Assembly: GCA_030264375.1 (NCBI GenBank) | Contig: JASCQW010000190.1 | Coordinates: forward strand, 86,921,567 to 86,985,566 | Direction of reading: 5' to 3' | From: Carcharhinus longimanus | Lineage: Eukaryota | DNA length: 64,000 nt | In this document: piece after piece, positions 12,755 through 24,358 of the stretch | How the letters are laid out: every line of letters begins with the position of its first letter | Numbering within the stretch: position 1 is the stretch's first letter | Notes under the pieces: model-generated | Told to the model about the DNA's origin: nothing | What the model saw: only the letters and a program-made list of their open reading frames with translations | Databases searched by the model: none | Translations under genes and position numbers: made by a program

Positions 12755-13589
12755 ACAATGATGAACACCAATTTTGAGTTTGTTTTATTTTTAATTTTGA
12801 TACAGTTTGATTTTCTTTATCCACACTGCGCTTGTTGTTAATTGTGTGCAACTATCTATTTACAAGTCAAAATATTTTCTGGCGTTTTGAATTTATTGAA
12901 ATTAGAGTATCTTGCTTTGTACACAGTCTGTAGAAAATTTCCTTTGGGGTATGGAAGGTCAGGATTATCTGCAGTTTACTAGTATTGGAGGACAGACTGG
13001 CGAGTTGTCTAAATGCTTCTGGCAGTTGGATGTTTAATGCACAAATAACATCGAATATCAGCCTTAAACCCAGATACTGATCTGATAGCCTTGAACTGAG
13101 GGACGGGCATTGGTGTTAGGAAATGACAAGTTAAGGGTGGGTTGGGCTTGTGGCTTAATGGTTGGAAGCTAGTGATAGGTTGATGTGAACCATAAATTCA
13201 AATCCAGAGCTCATGACAGGGAAGTGACGTTTCCGTTTCCAGCATAAAGTTCACTTTTATAGGTGATATTTTTGTATTTCGAAACTGTTAAATAAGTTTT
13301 TTTGTTAGTGGCAGATGACTCAAAAGCACATCCTACAATTGATCAAAAGATTACAAAGTATTACCAGGTTATAAATAAAAATACAATATTTGCATATCCA
13401 ATTAGAGAGCAAATTTAGAATTAATTTCACCTCAATTTTAGTTTTTTTGCCATAAATTGAGCAATGCTTTTATTTGTTCATAAGAAATGGGCATCATTGG
13501 TTAGGCCAGCACTTATTACCCATCTTTCCTCAACAAAATGTGAATACAAACGTCACACAAGGAGTTTGGCAAGGGACATAACACCAGAT

Positions 13590-13835
13590 CATAGAACCTC
13601 TACAGTAGTGAAGGAAGCCGTTCATCCAATCAAGCCTGCACTGACAAAAGTCCCATCCAGGCCCTATCCCTGTAACCCCAAATACTTATCCTGTCCATCT
13701 CCCTGACAAGGTGCAATTCAGCATAGCCAATCAACGAAACCTGCACATCTTGAGTGTGGGAGGAAACCCATGCAGACATGGAGAGAATGTTCAAACTCTA
13801 CAGAGTCATCTGAGGCTGGAATTGAACCTGAGGCA
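13590..13835 (-). mobile_element. HE1-like SINE
   Basis: Reverse complement of the SINE core (CTGCACATCTTGAGTGTGGGAGGAAACC...GGCTGGAATTGAACC). Confidence 0.75.
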
Positions 13836-14329
13836 GAAGTTAGATGTATTGCTTTAATAACTGTTTCCTGAGAGACAGTTGTGGGAAAATTTATACTAAT
13901 AGAGAACAGTAGGTTTTTGATGTTTGGGTTAAGACAAGCAAAATATTTTATGCACCCAAATTAGAAGTCTTTACGTTGATGTGAATTCAAAACTGGAGAA
14001 TATTGCAGTCCCTAACACTAATCTTACAAACCATGATTGTTCAGTATAGAAGTACCTGAATGCATTCCACCCTCAAACTGCCAAAGTGGAATAATTAAAA
14101 ATGAATTACATTCCTTTGAGACATAATGCAAGTATTTTAAAGTTGTGTACAACGTAGATGATTTGCTACTTAAGTGTATAAGTTGATCTTATTAATTTCC
14201 TCAAGAGTTTTATTTTGAAAAGGAAAACAGTTAAGGGACAATATAAAACCAAAAACACATCCTTGCAACAGAGAAAAAAAACATGAAAAGTGACAAAACA
14301 GGACTATAAAAGAAGCTACTAAAAGAAAC

Positions 14330-15290
14330 TTGCTAGGGTATAAAAATCAATACTTTGAAGATAATAGGGTGACCAGGAGAAATGTGAGCCTCAAACTAAT
14401 AAGTGATATTGGAAATGGAGAAGTTGAATAATTTCTCAGTATTTACAGCATAGGAAGAAGGTAGTTGAGACATCATAAAACTAGAATTGAATTAGACATA
14501 ATCATCAAAAATAACAAGCAAAATAACATTGAAGAACCTAATTGCACTAGAGTGTTAAATGCCCAGGAGAAGATATTTCCCATTCCAGGATTTTAAGAGG
14601 AAAGTGACCGAGGGGGATTGAATATAAAAGTAGGGAGGTCTTGCTGTGGCTGTATAGGGCATTGGTGAGGCCGCAGCTGGAGTACNNNNNNNNNNNNNNN
14701 NNNNNNNNNNNNNNNNNNNNNNNNNNNNNNNNNNNNNNNNNNNNNNNNNNNNNNNNNNNNNNNNNNNNNNNNNNNNNNNNNNNNNCCATGATCTTATTGA
14801 ATGGCAGGGCAGGCTCGAAGGGCTAGTTGGCCTACTCCTGCTCCTATTTCTTATGTTCTTAAAAGTTTGAAGGTCCCCTATGATTTTTCCAAAGTTCTTC
14901 TGAATTGGGAACCATTTCTCTAGATAGGAAAATTAAACTTATTGTATTATTTAAGAATGCAGAGGGGGAGCTCAAGGAGTTACAGGTCAGTTATCTTTAC
15001 TGTCATCTACTAGAAATTACTAGAGTATAATTAACAAGAGTGACTGAAAACCCTTTCGTCTGATCAGAGAGCCAGCAGGAATTTGAAAACAGTATGCCCA
15101 AAGATAAGCTAGTTAGGTTCTAACTGACTAACCTCGAGGTTTTGAGAAGAGTTTGCTAAAATAGTGGACTGAGGATTATCGATACATGTTATTTGATACA
15201 CATTAGATAAAGTCCCTCATTAGAGACAGTTATGTAAAGTTGAAGTGATGGAACTGAAGGCAAATTATGGACCTCATCTGGAAATTGGTC
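14330..15290 (+). mobile_element. Old CR1 LINE remnant containing a younger CR1 3' piece (about 14610-14860, gapped)
   Basis: Degenerate RT-region sequence surrounding an intact GIEYKSREVLLWLYRALVRPQLEY segment and the young tail. Confidence 0.65.
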
Positions 15291-15970
15291 ATATCATACC
15301 TCATCCCAATTTGTGTTTAATTATACACAAATGACAGGCTAAATAGTTTTCAGTCCATCAACGCCATATCGATGTTTATTCTCGATGCGAGCAGTAATCC
15401 TATTATTTGGTTGGTTGTTTGGTTCCTATAGCCCCTTCAACCAAACACCAAGTATTGACGAAGCCTTTGCTTTAATCACACAGTATTGTAAACACAGCCT
15501 CACCAACATGTTTAAATGCAATACACAGGTTTCCTTATGGAGTTCCGATGTTTAAAAATGCATAGATCTAATGGAGTTCTGTGCCCGGAGGCAGATCCTC
15601 AATGGATATTTGTCAAACTACTGCTAAGTGCCGTGATGTCTAACTGATCTGGGCAATATTGTGAATGACTAAATGGAGGACATCTGCATGAAAGATTTCA
15701 GGGATTGCCTTGAAGTCATGGCTGAGATGTTAACAATGATACTTTTAACTGCCGCCCAACAGGAAGGTGAGCTCGCAATTCTTTCTTCTACTGTCACTGC
15801 GGCGCATCCGCTGCTCACCACTCTCTTCCCAAAATATCCCGCTCCCTTCCCTGAGGGAAGAATAACAAAAACTGCTATTTCCAAAACATATCCTAAATTT
15901 CAAAGTAAAACGCAGAATTGAATTTTAGATAATGATTTTAAGTTAGTTGATGAAAATACACTGTGCAAAG

Positions 15971-16250
15971 GTTGTACGGCGTCCTGTCAGGAAGCAATGC
16001 GCTGTACGGAAGTTTATGGGGAGATTCCACATTGTACGGCATCCCCGCTCTCGCACGCATTACGTTGTACGGCAGTTCCGCCATCGAAAGGGAGGCGCCA
16101 CGTTGTACGGCATCCTTGCTCCCCACTTTACGTTGTACGGCAGTTCCCCCATTGATGGGAGACGCCCCATTTTACGCCCCCGCCCCTCAGGAAGTATTTG
16201 GCCATCTCGCACATAACCCGTTGATGGAAGGTGCCATGTTGTACGGCATT
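15971..16250 (+). repeat. Array of seven TGTACGG motifs (consensus CGTTGTACGGCA) upstream of the MORC4 ATG
   Basis: TGTACGG starts at 15973, 16003, 16033, 16066, 16104, 16134 and 16240. Confidence 0.9.
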
Positions 16251-16308
16251 CCACCGCCGTTGACAACGTTGCGCCCTCACCTGGGAAACGGGGAACTCTT
16301 GAGCAAAC

Positions 16309-16347
16309 ATGGCGAGGCTGAGCGAGCATGGGATTCGCCTCAGTGCG
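16309..16347 (+). CDS. MORC4: MORC4 (MORC3/4 family GHKL ATPase) coding exon 1
   Basis: AAACATGG Kozak context. Translates MARLSEHGIRLSA with donor GCG|GTAAGC. GIRLS is the conserved MORC3/4 N-terminal motif. This exon is absent from the ORF track. Confidence 0.9.
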
Positions 16348-16450
16348 GTAAGCTGGAAAGATACCCGAAACAACCGAACCCGCAATCCGGCGGAGCAGAG
16401 TTGCACGTCTGCCGAGTAACGCATGACGATGTTTTATTTTTGCTCTTCAG

Positions 16451-16523
16451 ATGAGCCCCACCTACTTACACACGAACTCGACCAGTCACACCTGGCCTTT
16501 CAGCGCAATCGCCGAGCTCATAG
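16451..16523 (+). CDS. MORC4: MORC4 coding exon 2 (GHKL motif I)
   Basis: TGCTCTTCAG acceptor and G|GTAAGT donor. Translates [24 protein letters not shown](D). Confidence 0.95.
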
Positions 16524-16679
16524 GTAAGTCTAGTCTAATCTTGTCAGTCTAGTTTTATCACATCGTGTCCCCGATACTCTGCTTCTCTTAGTAACCGCAA
16601 CGCGAGCTCGGCCGCACTGAGTTGTACATTTAATTATTTAATTATGTCCAAAGTCTGGGCTGCAAAAACTACCAAACTG

Positions 16680-17270
16680 GCGGGGGAGGGGGCGGCGGCC
16701 TGTCTGAGTGATGGCTGACTGGGCCAATGGGGCGATGGCGTTGCCATCAGTGGGCGGGCCATCCAGCTCTGACTGTTGTGTGATTCGGCCAATCAGCGGG
16801 CTAAGGGAAGAGCCGCCAGGATGTTATTGGCTGAATTTTGATTGGCATGAGCGCGAGCCAGTTGAGTTTGAACCGTCCTTAACGCCCGCAAGGGTGACGC
16901 GTGCGAGGTAGATGCAGCAGGCGGCGATAGCTGAGGCTGGTAAAGGTGAGCGGGGTCAAGTTCGCTTGTGATGTGGTAAGTGGGGGACGGGATGGTCGTT
17001 AGTGGCCGGTGTCGCGTGCTGTTAGCTGACATCTCTGGAGGCCGCAGCCCCGCCCCCAAAGATTCAGTCAATCACACAGCGCAACGGAATCACAACAAAC
17101 ACCGCGTGACAGCGAAAGGAAAACCCCACACTTCCGGGTTGTTGCTACTGCCTCAGGAGCACGCGGGCCGCTGCGATTGGCCGGTCGGCCGTTCGCTAGT
17201 TGGGATTGGCCGGCCCACAGCTGGCTGGGATTGGCCAGCCCGCGATCCGCGGCTCGCTGGGATTGGCCGG
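16680..17270. promoter_or_regulatory. Intronic promoter-like module: eight CCAAT/ATTGG boxes, GC boxes, CHR-like TTTGAA and ETS site
   Basis: CCAAT at 16724 and 16789; ATTGG at 16826, 16841, 17176, 17205, 17230 and 17262; TTTGAA at 16867; CACTTCCGG at 17129; strong + strand donors GTGAG at 16946 and GTAAGT at 16976. Confidence 0.65.
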
Positions 17271-17749
17271 TTCTGGGGTGTTACCGGCAATATTCGAATG
17301 GGGGTCAGTGTCCAAAGTGAAGTGAGGGGGTAATTGTTTTGCAAAAGTATACTCCAGTTGCGCAATAGTTTTCTTCCTAATTAAGCTTATTTACTGGTGT
17401 CACAATTAAGATTACATTAACACTACAATGAAGTTACTGTGAAAATCTCGTAGCTGGCTGTCCGTGGTGCTGAGGCAGCAATGCGAGCCACTGTGGCACC
17501 CATGGAGTAACATGTCTGTACTTTTTATGGCATTTTTTCACTTCTGGCACCCTNNNNNNNNNNNNNNNNNNNNNNNNNNNNNNNNNNNNNNNNNNNNNNN
17601 NNNNNNNNNNNNNNNNNNNNNNNNNNNNNNNNNNNNNNNNNNNNNNNNNNNNNATTTTTTCACTTCTGGCACCCTACAAGCAACCTCAATTGCACACCTT
17701 GCCTCATCAACTTTCTCACCAGCTTAATCTCACTAATTTATTTCTGTAG

Positions 17750-18022
17750 GTGACACTGCTGCCTCACAGCACCAGGCACTTGGATTGAATTTCCAGCCTG
17801 GGTCACTGTGGAGTCTGCATGTTCCCCCATGTCAGCATGTGTTTCCTCAGGGTGCTCCAGTTTCCAGCCACAGTTCGAAAGATGTGCTGGTTAGGCACGT
17901 TGGCCACGCTAAATTCTCCCTTGGTGTACCTGAACAGGCACCAGAGTGTGGTGACAAGACGATTTTCATAGTAACTTCATTGTAATGTTAATTAAGCACA
18001 CTTCTGACACTAATAAACTTTT
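17750..18022 (+). mobile_element. HE1-related SINE with ACTAATAAA tail
   Basis: CACTGCTGCCTCACAGCACCAGG head, SINE core and GTAACTTCATTG..GACACTAATAAA tail. Confidence 0.75.
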
Positions 18023-19539
18023 AACCTCTAGTTTTTGATAAGTCTAAACAGCAATAAGGTCAAAACATTTTGCTTACACCATCCCTTTATTGCTAGCAGA
18101 ATGACTGAACTTGGAACAGGCTAACAGATTCAGGCTTATGATTCACACAGGCCTCCTCCCACTCATTTTCCTCTAATTCTATTATGGACTTTCAGTTTTC
18201 TAATCTTTGGCCTTCGTTCAACCTATAAAAAAGATTTTGATCCTATAGGCCCATCATTACTGTCTGTGCTTCAGACTACCATTTTTAAAATGGTCTTAAA
18301 TGTTTTATCCCAGAAAATCTCTGCAAGATTGTCCTGCCTTGTGTTCTCTCCCATACCATTTAGACTAGACTCTCATTTGTTATGTGTCACCCCATCCCTT
18401 TACCCATTGTTGCTGCTGACAGTGCTTGCAACAGTTTCAACTCTGTTCTTGAGCAACCTGTATTTTTCCAAACAACCTTTGCTTCACTATCTAGGGAGAG
18501 CTGTATACTGAACAGGAAATTGCTTAGAAAATGACTGTGTTAAAAACTGCCTGCCCTTTGAACTTGGACGAGAGGTCAATGGTGGGGGGGATTTTTTTTT
18601 GGTGAAGTAATCAATTTTGTTTTGTAGTGTGCTTAGTTTTTGTGTGGGGCAACATATTAATTTGATCAATTGTAATAACAGGGAGATGATGGCATTGTGG
18701 TAATGTCATTGGACTGACAATCCAGATGCCTGGGCTAATGCTGCAGGTTCAAATTGCACCATGGCAGCTAAAAAAAATCTGGTTCTTTTCGGAAGGAAAT
18801 CTGCCATCCCTACCTGGCTTGACTCTCTTCTGAAGCGGTCTAGCAAGGATGATTAGGGATGGGCAATAAATGTTGGCCTTAACTGATGCTGATATTTCCA
18901 TGAAAGAGTTTTAAAAAAAATAAAATAACGTACCTTGAATACAAAGTGTAACAATTTTTTGAAGATTTGGTATAATTTGGATCTGAATTTCTGTTCACTA
19001 TCACATTATGCCTCTTCTAACCTCGGTCATACCCAAATTTTGCTAATTCACTGTGTTCATTCGAGTATGTTTTGGCTGCCACGTTGAGTCTCAATGTATT
19101 CTGTCTATCTTGTTATCTCTTTAGATGCCTGACTTTTCTATACGTCTTCTCCCTTTCTGTCACCCAGTCATGCCAGCGTTCATTTTCCTCTTGGGCAGTT
19201 TGAACCCCAAGTCTCTCACAAACCCATCACTCTTTTCCTAATTTTTTATTTTTGAGTTTTTGTTCTTATTTCTTATGTTCCTGTTATCCTACCACTGTCC
19301 CAAGCTTGAATCTGCCTTGGTTAATCCAGAGCTACCTCTGTACTTTTTATGACATTCTTTCACTTTTGCCTCCCTACAAGCAACCTCAATTGTCCACCTC
19401 TCTCATCAACTTTCCCACCTGTGCCTGTTTGAGGTTAACCTCACCAATCTATTTCCTGACCTGCTTACCTCAGATAACATTGTCCCTGTTGACTCTGCAA
19501 GACAACCAAATATCATTACCTCTATTTGCATAGTGTATT

Positions 19540-20395
19540 ACAGTTTAGAATGAGACCATTTGGACTAATTCCTCTGTGCCAGCTCTTTGAAATTGCCAAC
19601 CTATTAGTCCCACTTTCCTACTTTCTCATCAATGAGATGCAGAACTTTTCTTTCATGTATTCAATTCCCTTTTGAAAGCTACTACTGAATCTGTTTCCAT
19701 CACCCTTACCGACGGTGCTTTCCAGATCAACAACTCAATGTGACTTTTTTTAAAAACAAACCATGCTGCTTTTGCTCATAAGCAGAGAACATGATTTAAG
19801 GTTATTAACCCTCCAGCCAGTGGAATATTTTCTCCAAATTTCTCATTATTTTAAATCTCTTAGCCACCTTGGCTGTAAGAACAATCCAAACTTCTTCGGT
19901 CCAGAATTATTCATCCTTGGTGCCATTCTCATAAAGGTCTTTAAAGCTTTGATATCCTTCCAGTAGTGTGATGCCCAGAATTGGACACATTATTCCAGTT
20001 GAGGCTTAACCATTGATTTATGAAGGTTTGTTTTAGCCTAAACGTTTTGTTTTTGTATTCCATGACTCTTTTTACAAAGCCCATATGCTTTTAACAACCT
20101 TTTCAACCTGTCCTGCACCGTCAAATATTTGTATTTGTGAACTCATGGGTCTCTGTTCCTGCACACCCTTTAGCATTGTACTAATCAATCGATGTTGCAT
20201 GTCCTCATTCATGCTTTCAAAATGCAATAATCCACACTTCTCTGCATTAAACTTAATCTGTTTCATCAGCCTCATTTTGTTATCCTAAAATTTGCGACTA
20301 TTCATTTACTGAACTTCCAAGTTTTATGTCTTCTGCAAACTTCAAAATTTTGCCTTCGATATCAAAGTCCAGGTGTTGGTACACATTAAAAGAAT
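19540..20395 (-). mobile_element. Old CR1 LINE 3' portion
   Basis: Minus-strand degenerate RT C-terminus (QIKFNAEKCGLLHF...GVQEQR). Confidence 0.65.
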
Positions 20396-20400
20396 AGTCC

Positions 20401-20922
20401 GTAATCAAAGAAGAAATATCGAGGCATCTGGAAAGGAATGGTTTGACAGAGCAGATGCAGCACGGATTCGTGAAGGGGAAGTCGTGTTTGACGAATTTAT
20501 TGGATTTCTATGAGGATGTGACTAGTGCGGTAAACAGAGGGGAACCAGTGGATGTGGTGTTTCTCGATTTTTTTTCAAAAGGTGTTTGATAAGGTGCCAC
20601 ACAAAAGGTTGCTTCAGAAGGTTAGGGGACATGGAGTTGGGGGTAAGGTGTTAGCGTGGATAGAGAATTAGTTGTCTAACAGGAGGCAGAGAGTTGGTAT
20701 CAATGGGTGCTATTTTGACTGGCGGTAGGTGACTAGTGGACTGCCGCAGGGATCGGTGCTGGGGCCTCAGCTATTTATCATTTATATAGATGATCTGGAG
20801 GAGGGGGCTGAGTGTAGGGTGACGAAATTTGCTGATGACACGAAGATGAGTGGACAAGCAAATTGCGCGGAGGGTGTGGAAAGTCTGCAGAGGGATCTGG
20901 ATAGGCTGAGCGAGTGGCCGAG
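20401..20922 (+). mobile_element. CR1 LINE reverse transcriptase fragment
   Basis: QHGFVKGKSCLTNLLDF...[23 protein letters not shown]...KFADDTK motifs, with stops and a frameshift. Confidence 0.9.
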
Positions 20923-22147
20923 GACCTGTTCATCCAACTGAGTGGTTAGCTAGGCCATTTGAGGGGGCATTTAGAGTCAACCATATTGGTGTGGGTCTGG
21001 AATCACATGTAGGCTAGACCACGAAAGGATAGTAGATTTCCTTCCCTAAAGGATATTAGTGAACCAGATGGATTTTTACAACAACCAACAATGATTTCAT
21101 CGTCACTGTAACAAAGACTAGTGTTTAATTGCAGATTTTAAAAATTATTTACGGAATTTAAATTCCACCAGCTGCCATGGGCGGATTTGAACCCATGTCC
21201 CCATAGCATTAGATTTTGCCTCTGGGCTACAACAGCGTTAGTGTAATACTATACTTCACAACAGAGGATGACCTTACTACAAAGATAAGGTGAGAGAGGA
21301 TACTGCCTTGTATTGGTTGTATCTAATAACTGTGTCTGTCAATGTTCAGCAGAATTCACAAACCAATTTGAAAAATTCTAAGCTACGTAATCTATATCAA
21401 ATAAACAGAATAAATGTGGCAATTTTGACTAATCTTAATACAAGACATTTCTATATTCTAAACTCTACTGAAGCTAAAGGTATCTTTGAAAAAGTGAATG
21501 TCCCTTTCATTTTGAAGTGACCTTGGCAGGCTACCGACCATACTGCACCATGCAGTACCCGCAACTCCCCACACAGTAAACAGGACTGCAGGAAGCCAAA
21601 GTCTGACCAATGTATGACTGTTTCCTCCGAAAAAGCTAATGCATATAGCCAGATAGCTGCCAAACTAAGCTAAATCCAGAGACTGGCAACTTCTGAAATG
21701 ACTTTGAAAACAAGCTCTTAGGATTCCAGAACGAACACTGACAGATTAAAAGCGACTGAATCAAGCTGTGGCTGAGCTGTCTTTAAAAGTTAACTGTACT
21801 ATGAACTAAAAGATTCTCTTTACAGTGTGCAATGTATTCTGGGATCTTGAAAATACTGAGAAAGCATTAAGAGCCATTTCCATTTAATGGTGCATCCAGA
21901 TTAATTTACCACAAATGTGTGACTCTTAAAGCTGGTAAAGCAGGCTAAATGCTGTTCAAATTCTTACAAAGTAGACTGAAAACACTAATTGTATCACTTT
22001 TGCTTGAGTTCAAGCTGCAGATGAGGAAGTTATGTGATAGACAGTCCAATCATAAATTAAAAAGTCTGCTAAATTCCTGTACACATTAACCATATCTCTG
22101 GCGTCATGATTTTATCATGGAAGACATTAACATCAAAATGACACAAG

Positions 22148-22273
22148 GGGCGGAATTTTCTCACCCCTCCCGCCACGGGGATCATAACGGATGGGACACA
22201 GACCATGCAAAGGCCGATTGACCTCGGGCGGAATTTTCCTGCCTTGGAGCAAGCGTGACTGGAAAATCCCGCC
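22148..22273. mobile_element. Short MITE with GGGCGGAATTTTC...GAAAATCCCGCC terminal inverted repeats (PIF/Harbinger-like)
   Basis: TIRs plus an internal copy of the TIR motif. Diverged relatives lie at about 48465-48590 and 49480-49607 (inverted). Confidence 0.7.
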
Positions 22274-23679
22274 AATGTATTTTTATAATAGTGAGAAATA
22301 AAACTTCACTAGAAAACTTGTTGATAAATCAATGGAATAATTCAAAATGCTACTTAGAAAAAAAAAATCACTTTTTCTTTCGTTATTGAAATTACCGAAG
22401 GGCAAAATAAGGTAGCAATCAAAATACATGATTCCAAAAGTACACATTCCAAAATAAGATGACCAAATTTACCAACTCAATTACGTCGCTTTTTTTTAGT
22501 ACTTTAATGAAAGTTCTTACTTGGACTCTCAAACCTCTCTCAAAAATCAGTCGCGCACCTGATATATTTGTCCAGAGCAGTAACCTTGTTCGCTGAAGGC
22601 CAGTTCTGCAGCCCATCCAGCTTCAGTGTACAATTATCCCAAATGTGAGCAGCATGTCAGGTAGCTAAATAAGTTAAGGTTCTTTGAAGAAATGTTAGGG
22701 AAATATTTCAAGTACTCAGGTAAAAATTACATTGAATGAAAACCAGAATGGTTGTGGTATGCAGGTAAGAGAGTAAATGAGTAAATACATATGGACCGCA
22801 CTGATTTATGGAACTCCCCATAGCTTTAGTCATTTGAATAGAATGCATGAATGTTTAGAAAGTGTTTTAAATTGGAGGAAAATGAGAGAGAAAGACCCAA
22901 AGACAAATCACAAACAAAAATGTTTGCAGAGATCTCTTGGAAAATTACAACCAATGTCGCTGATCTGGGACTCCATCCAAGTATCATAAACTCACGCCTT
23001 CCAGAACCCAGCAATAAGCCCCAACATTCAGCCACTTCGGTGGATCAGTGAAAACGATTTTTGAAAAAAAATTTAGACATCATTGTGCAAATATTGCATG
23101 CTTAATGCCATGCATGTCATCATGTCCTCACCCCCCACCCGCCCCCACAGGGAATTTACTTACCTTTGCACCCTCATGGGCGTTTTTTTTCAGACTACTA
23201 TAGCCATAGGCTTGCACCCTCATGGGATCCCTCAACAGATTCAGGTCTTCAAATTGCTGTTGTAAACCTCGCTGACATGAAGTGGGCGAGGTGTGAATTT
23301 TCAATGAGAGGGATCATGTGGTGAGGGGGTTCAGTAAGTATATTAAAATACATTCAAATGTATTTAAATAAGAAGTCCCCCCCTCCAGTCCGCCTTGATG
23401 TACCCACCCCTGGTCTCCCGATCCCCCTTACTTCATACACTCCCCCCACCCACGGCAGCCTGATTCACACCCCTGCAGCCCCAACCACCCCTCCCCCAGC
23501 AGGCTGATCTTCTCCCTCCCACCACCACCACCAAACCACCACCACCCCCCCACCCACCCAAATGGCTAGCCCCAATCGCNNNNNNNNNNNNNNNNNNNNN
23601 NNNNNNNNNNNNNNNNNNNNNNNNNNNNNNNNNNNNNNNNNNNNNNNNNNNNNNNNNNNNNNNNNNNNNNNNNNNNNNN

Positions 23680-23997
23680 TGGTCTCACCAAGGTCCGGTA
23701 CAGTTGCAGCATAACCCCACGGCTCTTAAACTCAAACCCCCTGTTAATAAATGCTAGCACACTATAAGCCTTCTTCACGGCTCTGTCCACTTGAGTGGCA
23801 ACCTTCAGAGATCTGTGGATATGAACCCCAAGATCTCTCTGCTCCTCAACATTCCTCAGAAGCATCCCGTTGACCCTGTAATCCGCATTCAAGTTTGTCT
23901 TACCAAAATTAATCACCTCGCACATATCAGGGTTAAACTCCATCTGCCATTTTTCTGCCCAGTTCTGCATCCTATCAATGTCTTTTTGCAGCCCACA
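23680..23997 (-). mobile_element. CR1 LINE RT C-terminal fragment
   Basis: LQKDIDRMQNWAEKWQMEFNPDMCEVINFG...EQRDLGVHIHRSLK...LYRTLVRP. Confidence 0.9.
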
Positions 23998-24169
23998 AGA
24001 ACACCTCCACCTCATCCACTAATCATAAATCAGGACAAAGTAAAAGGAGCAGTTCCCCAAAAGAAAGGGGAATAGCCCGAACAAAATCAAAGTACAAAGG
24101 AAACTTGAAAACATCAAATTAAAATGTGATTATTAGGGTCAGTAATGCACCCCAGCCCCGTGGAAGGCG

Positions 24170-24358
24170 TCAACTGCGTCTTGTGGTCTTGGACAGAGCA
24201 GGAGGCATACCAAGCTGTGATGTAACCGAAAGAGTGCTTACTATGGTGCATCTGTAAAAGTTGGTGAGAATTGTAGCAGATATGCCAAATTTCATTAGCT
24301 TCCTGAGATTGTAGAGGCATTGGTGGACTTTCTTAACTATAGCATCAGTGTGGAAGGA
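24170..24358 (-). mobile_element. Rex1/Babar-like LINE fragment
   Basis: HTDAIVKKVHQCLYNLRKLMKFGISATILTNFYRCTI, same family as 29075-30082. Confidence 0.7.

Larger units (their letters stand above)
15960..17330. promoter_or_regulatory. CpG island covering the MORC4 promoter, exons 1-2 and the start of intron 2
   Basis: Sharp rise in GC and CpG content against AT-rich, CpG-poor flanks. Contains the start codon, GC boxes, CCAAT boxes and an ETS motif. Confidence 0.85.

Noticed and set aside
1159-12800. USSE-like tandem U12 5' splice-site enhancer in RBM41 (as in RNPC3/SNRNP48)
   Set aside because: No tandem RTATCCT/GTATCTT pair was noticed in the visible sequence; the gaps could not be examined.
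15669-15921. ORFs on both strands just upstream of the CpG island
   Set aside because: No recognisable homology and no consistent exon chain.
15971-16250. CRISPR-like repeat-spacer appearance
   Set aside because: The context is eukaryotic, the repeat is only about 10-12 bp, the spacers are related to one another and there are no cas genes.
15938-16454. Overlapping ORFs with repeated LYG/PYNV peptides (e.g. the 163-aa ORF at 15963)
   Set aside because: These are by-products of the TGTACGG repeat in GC-rich, stop-poor DNA. The real coding exon (16309-16347) is in another frame.
16708-17365. Short ORFs within the intronic CpG island
   Set aside because: Expected by chance in GC-rich sequence, with no recognisable domains.
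21500-21790. Coding-looking non-repeat stretch
   Set aside because: The frames examined contain stops or give no recognisable protein, and splice boundaries are unclear.
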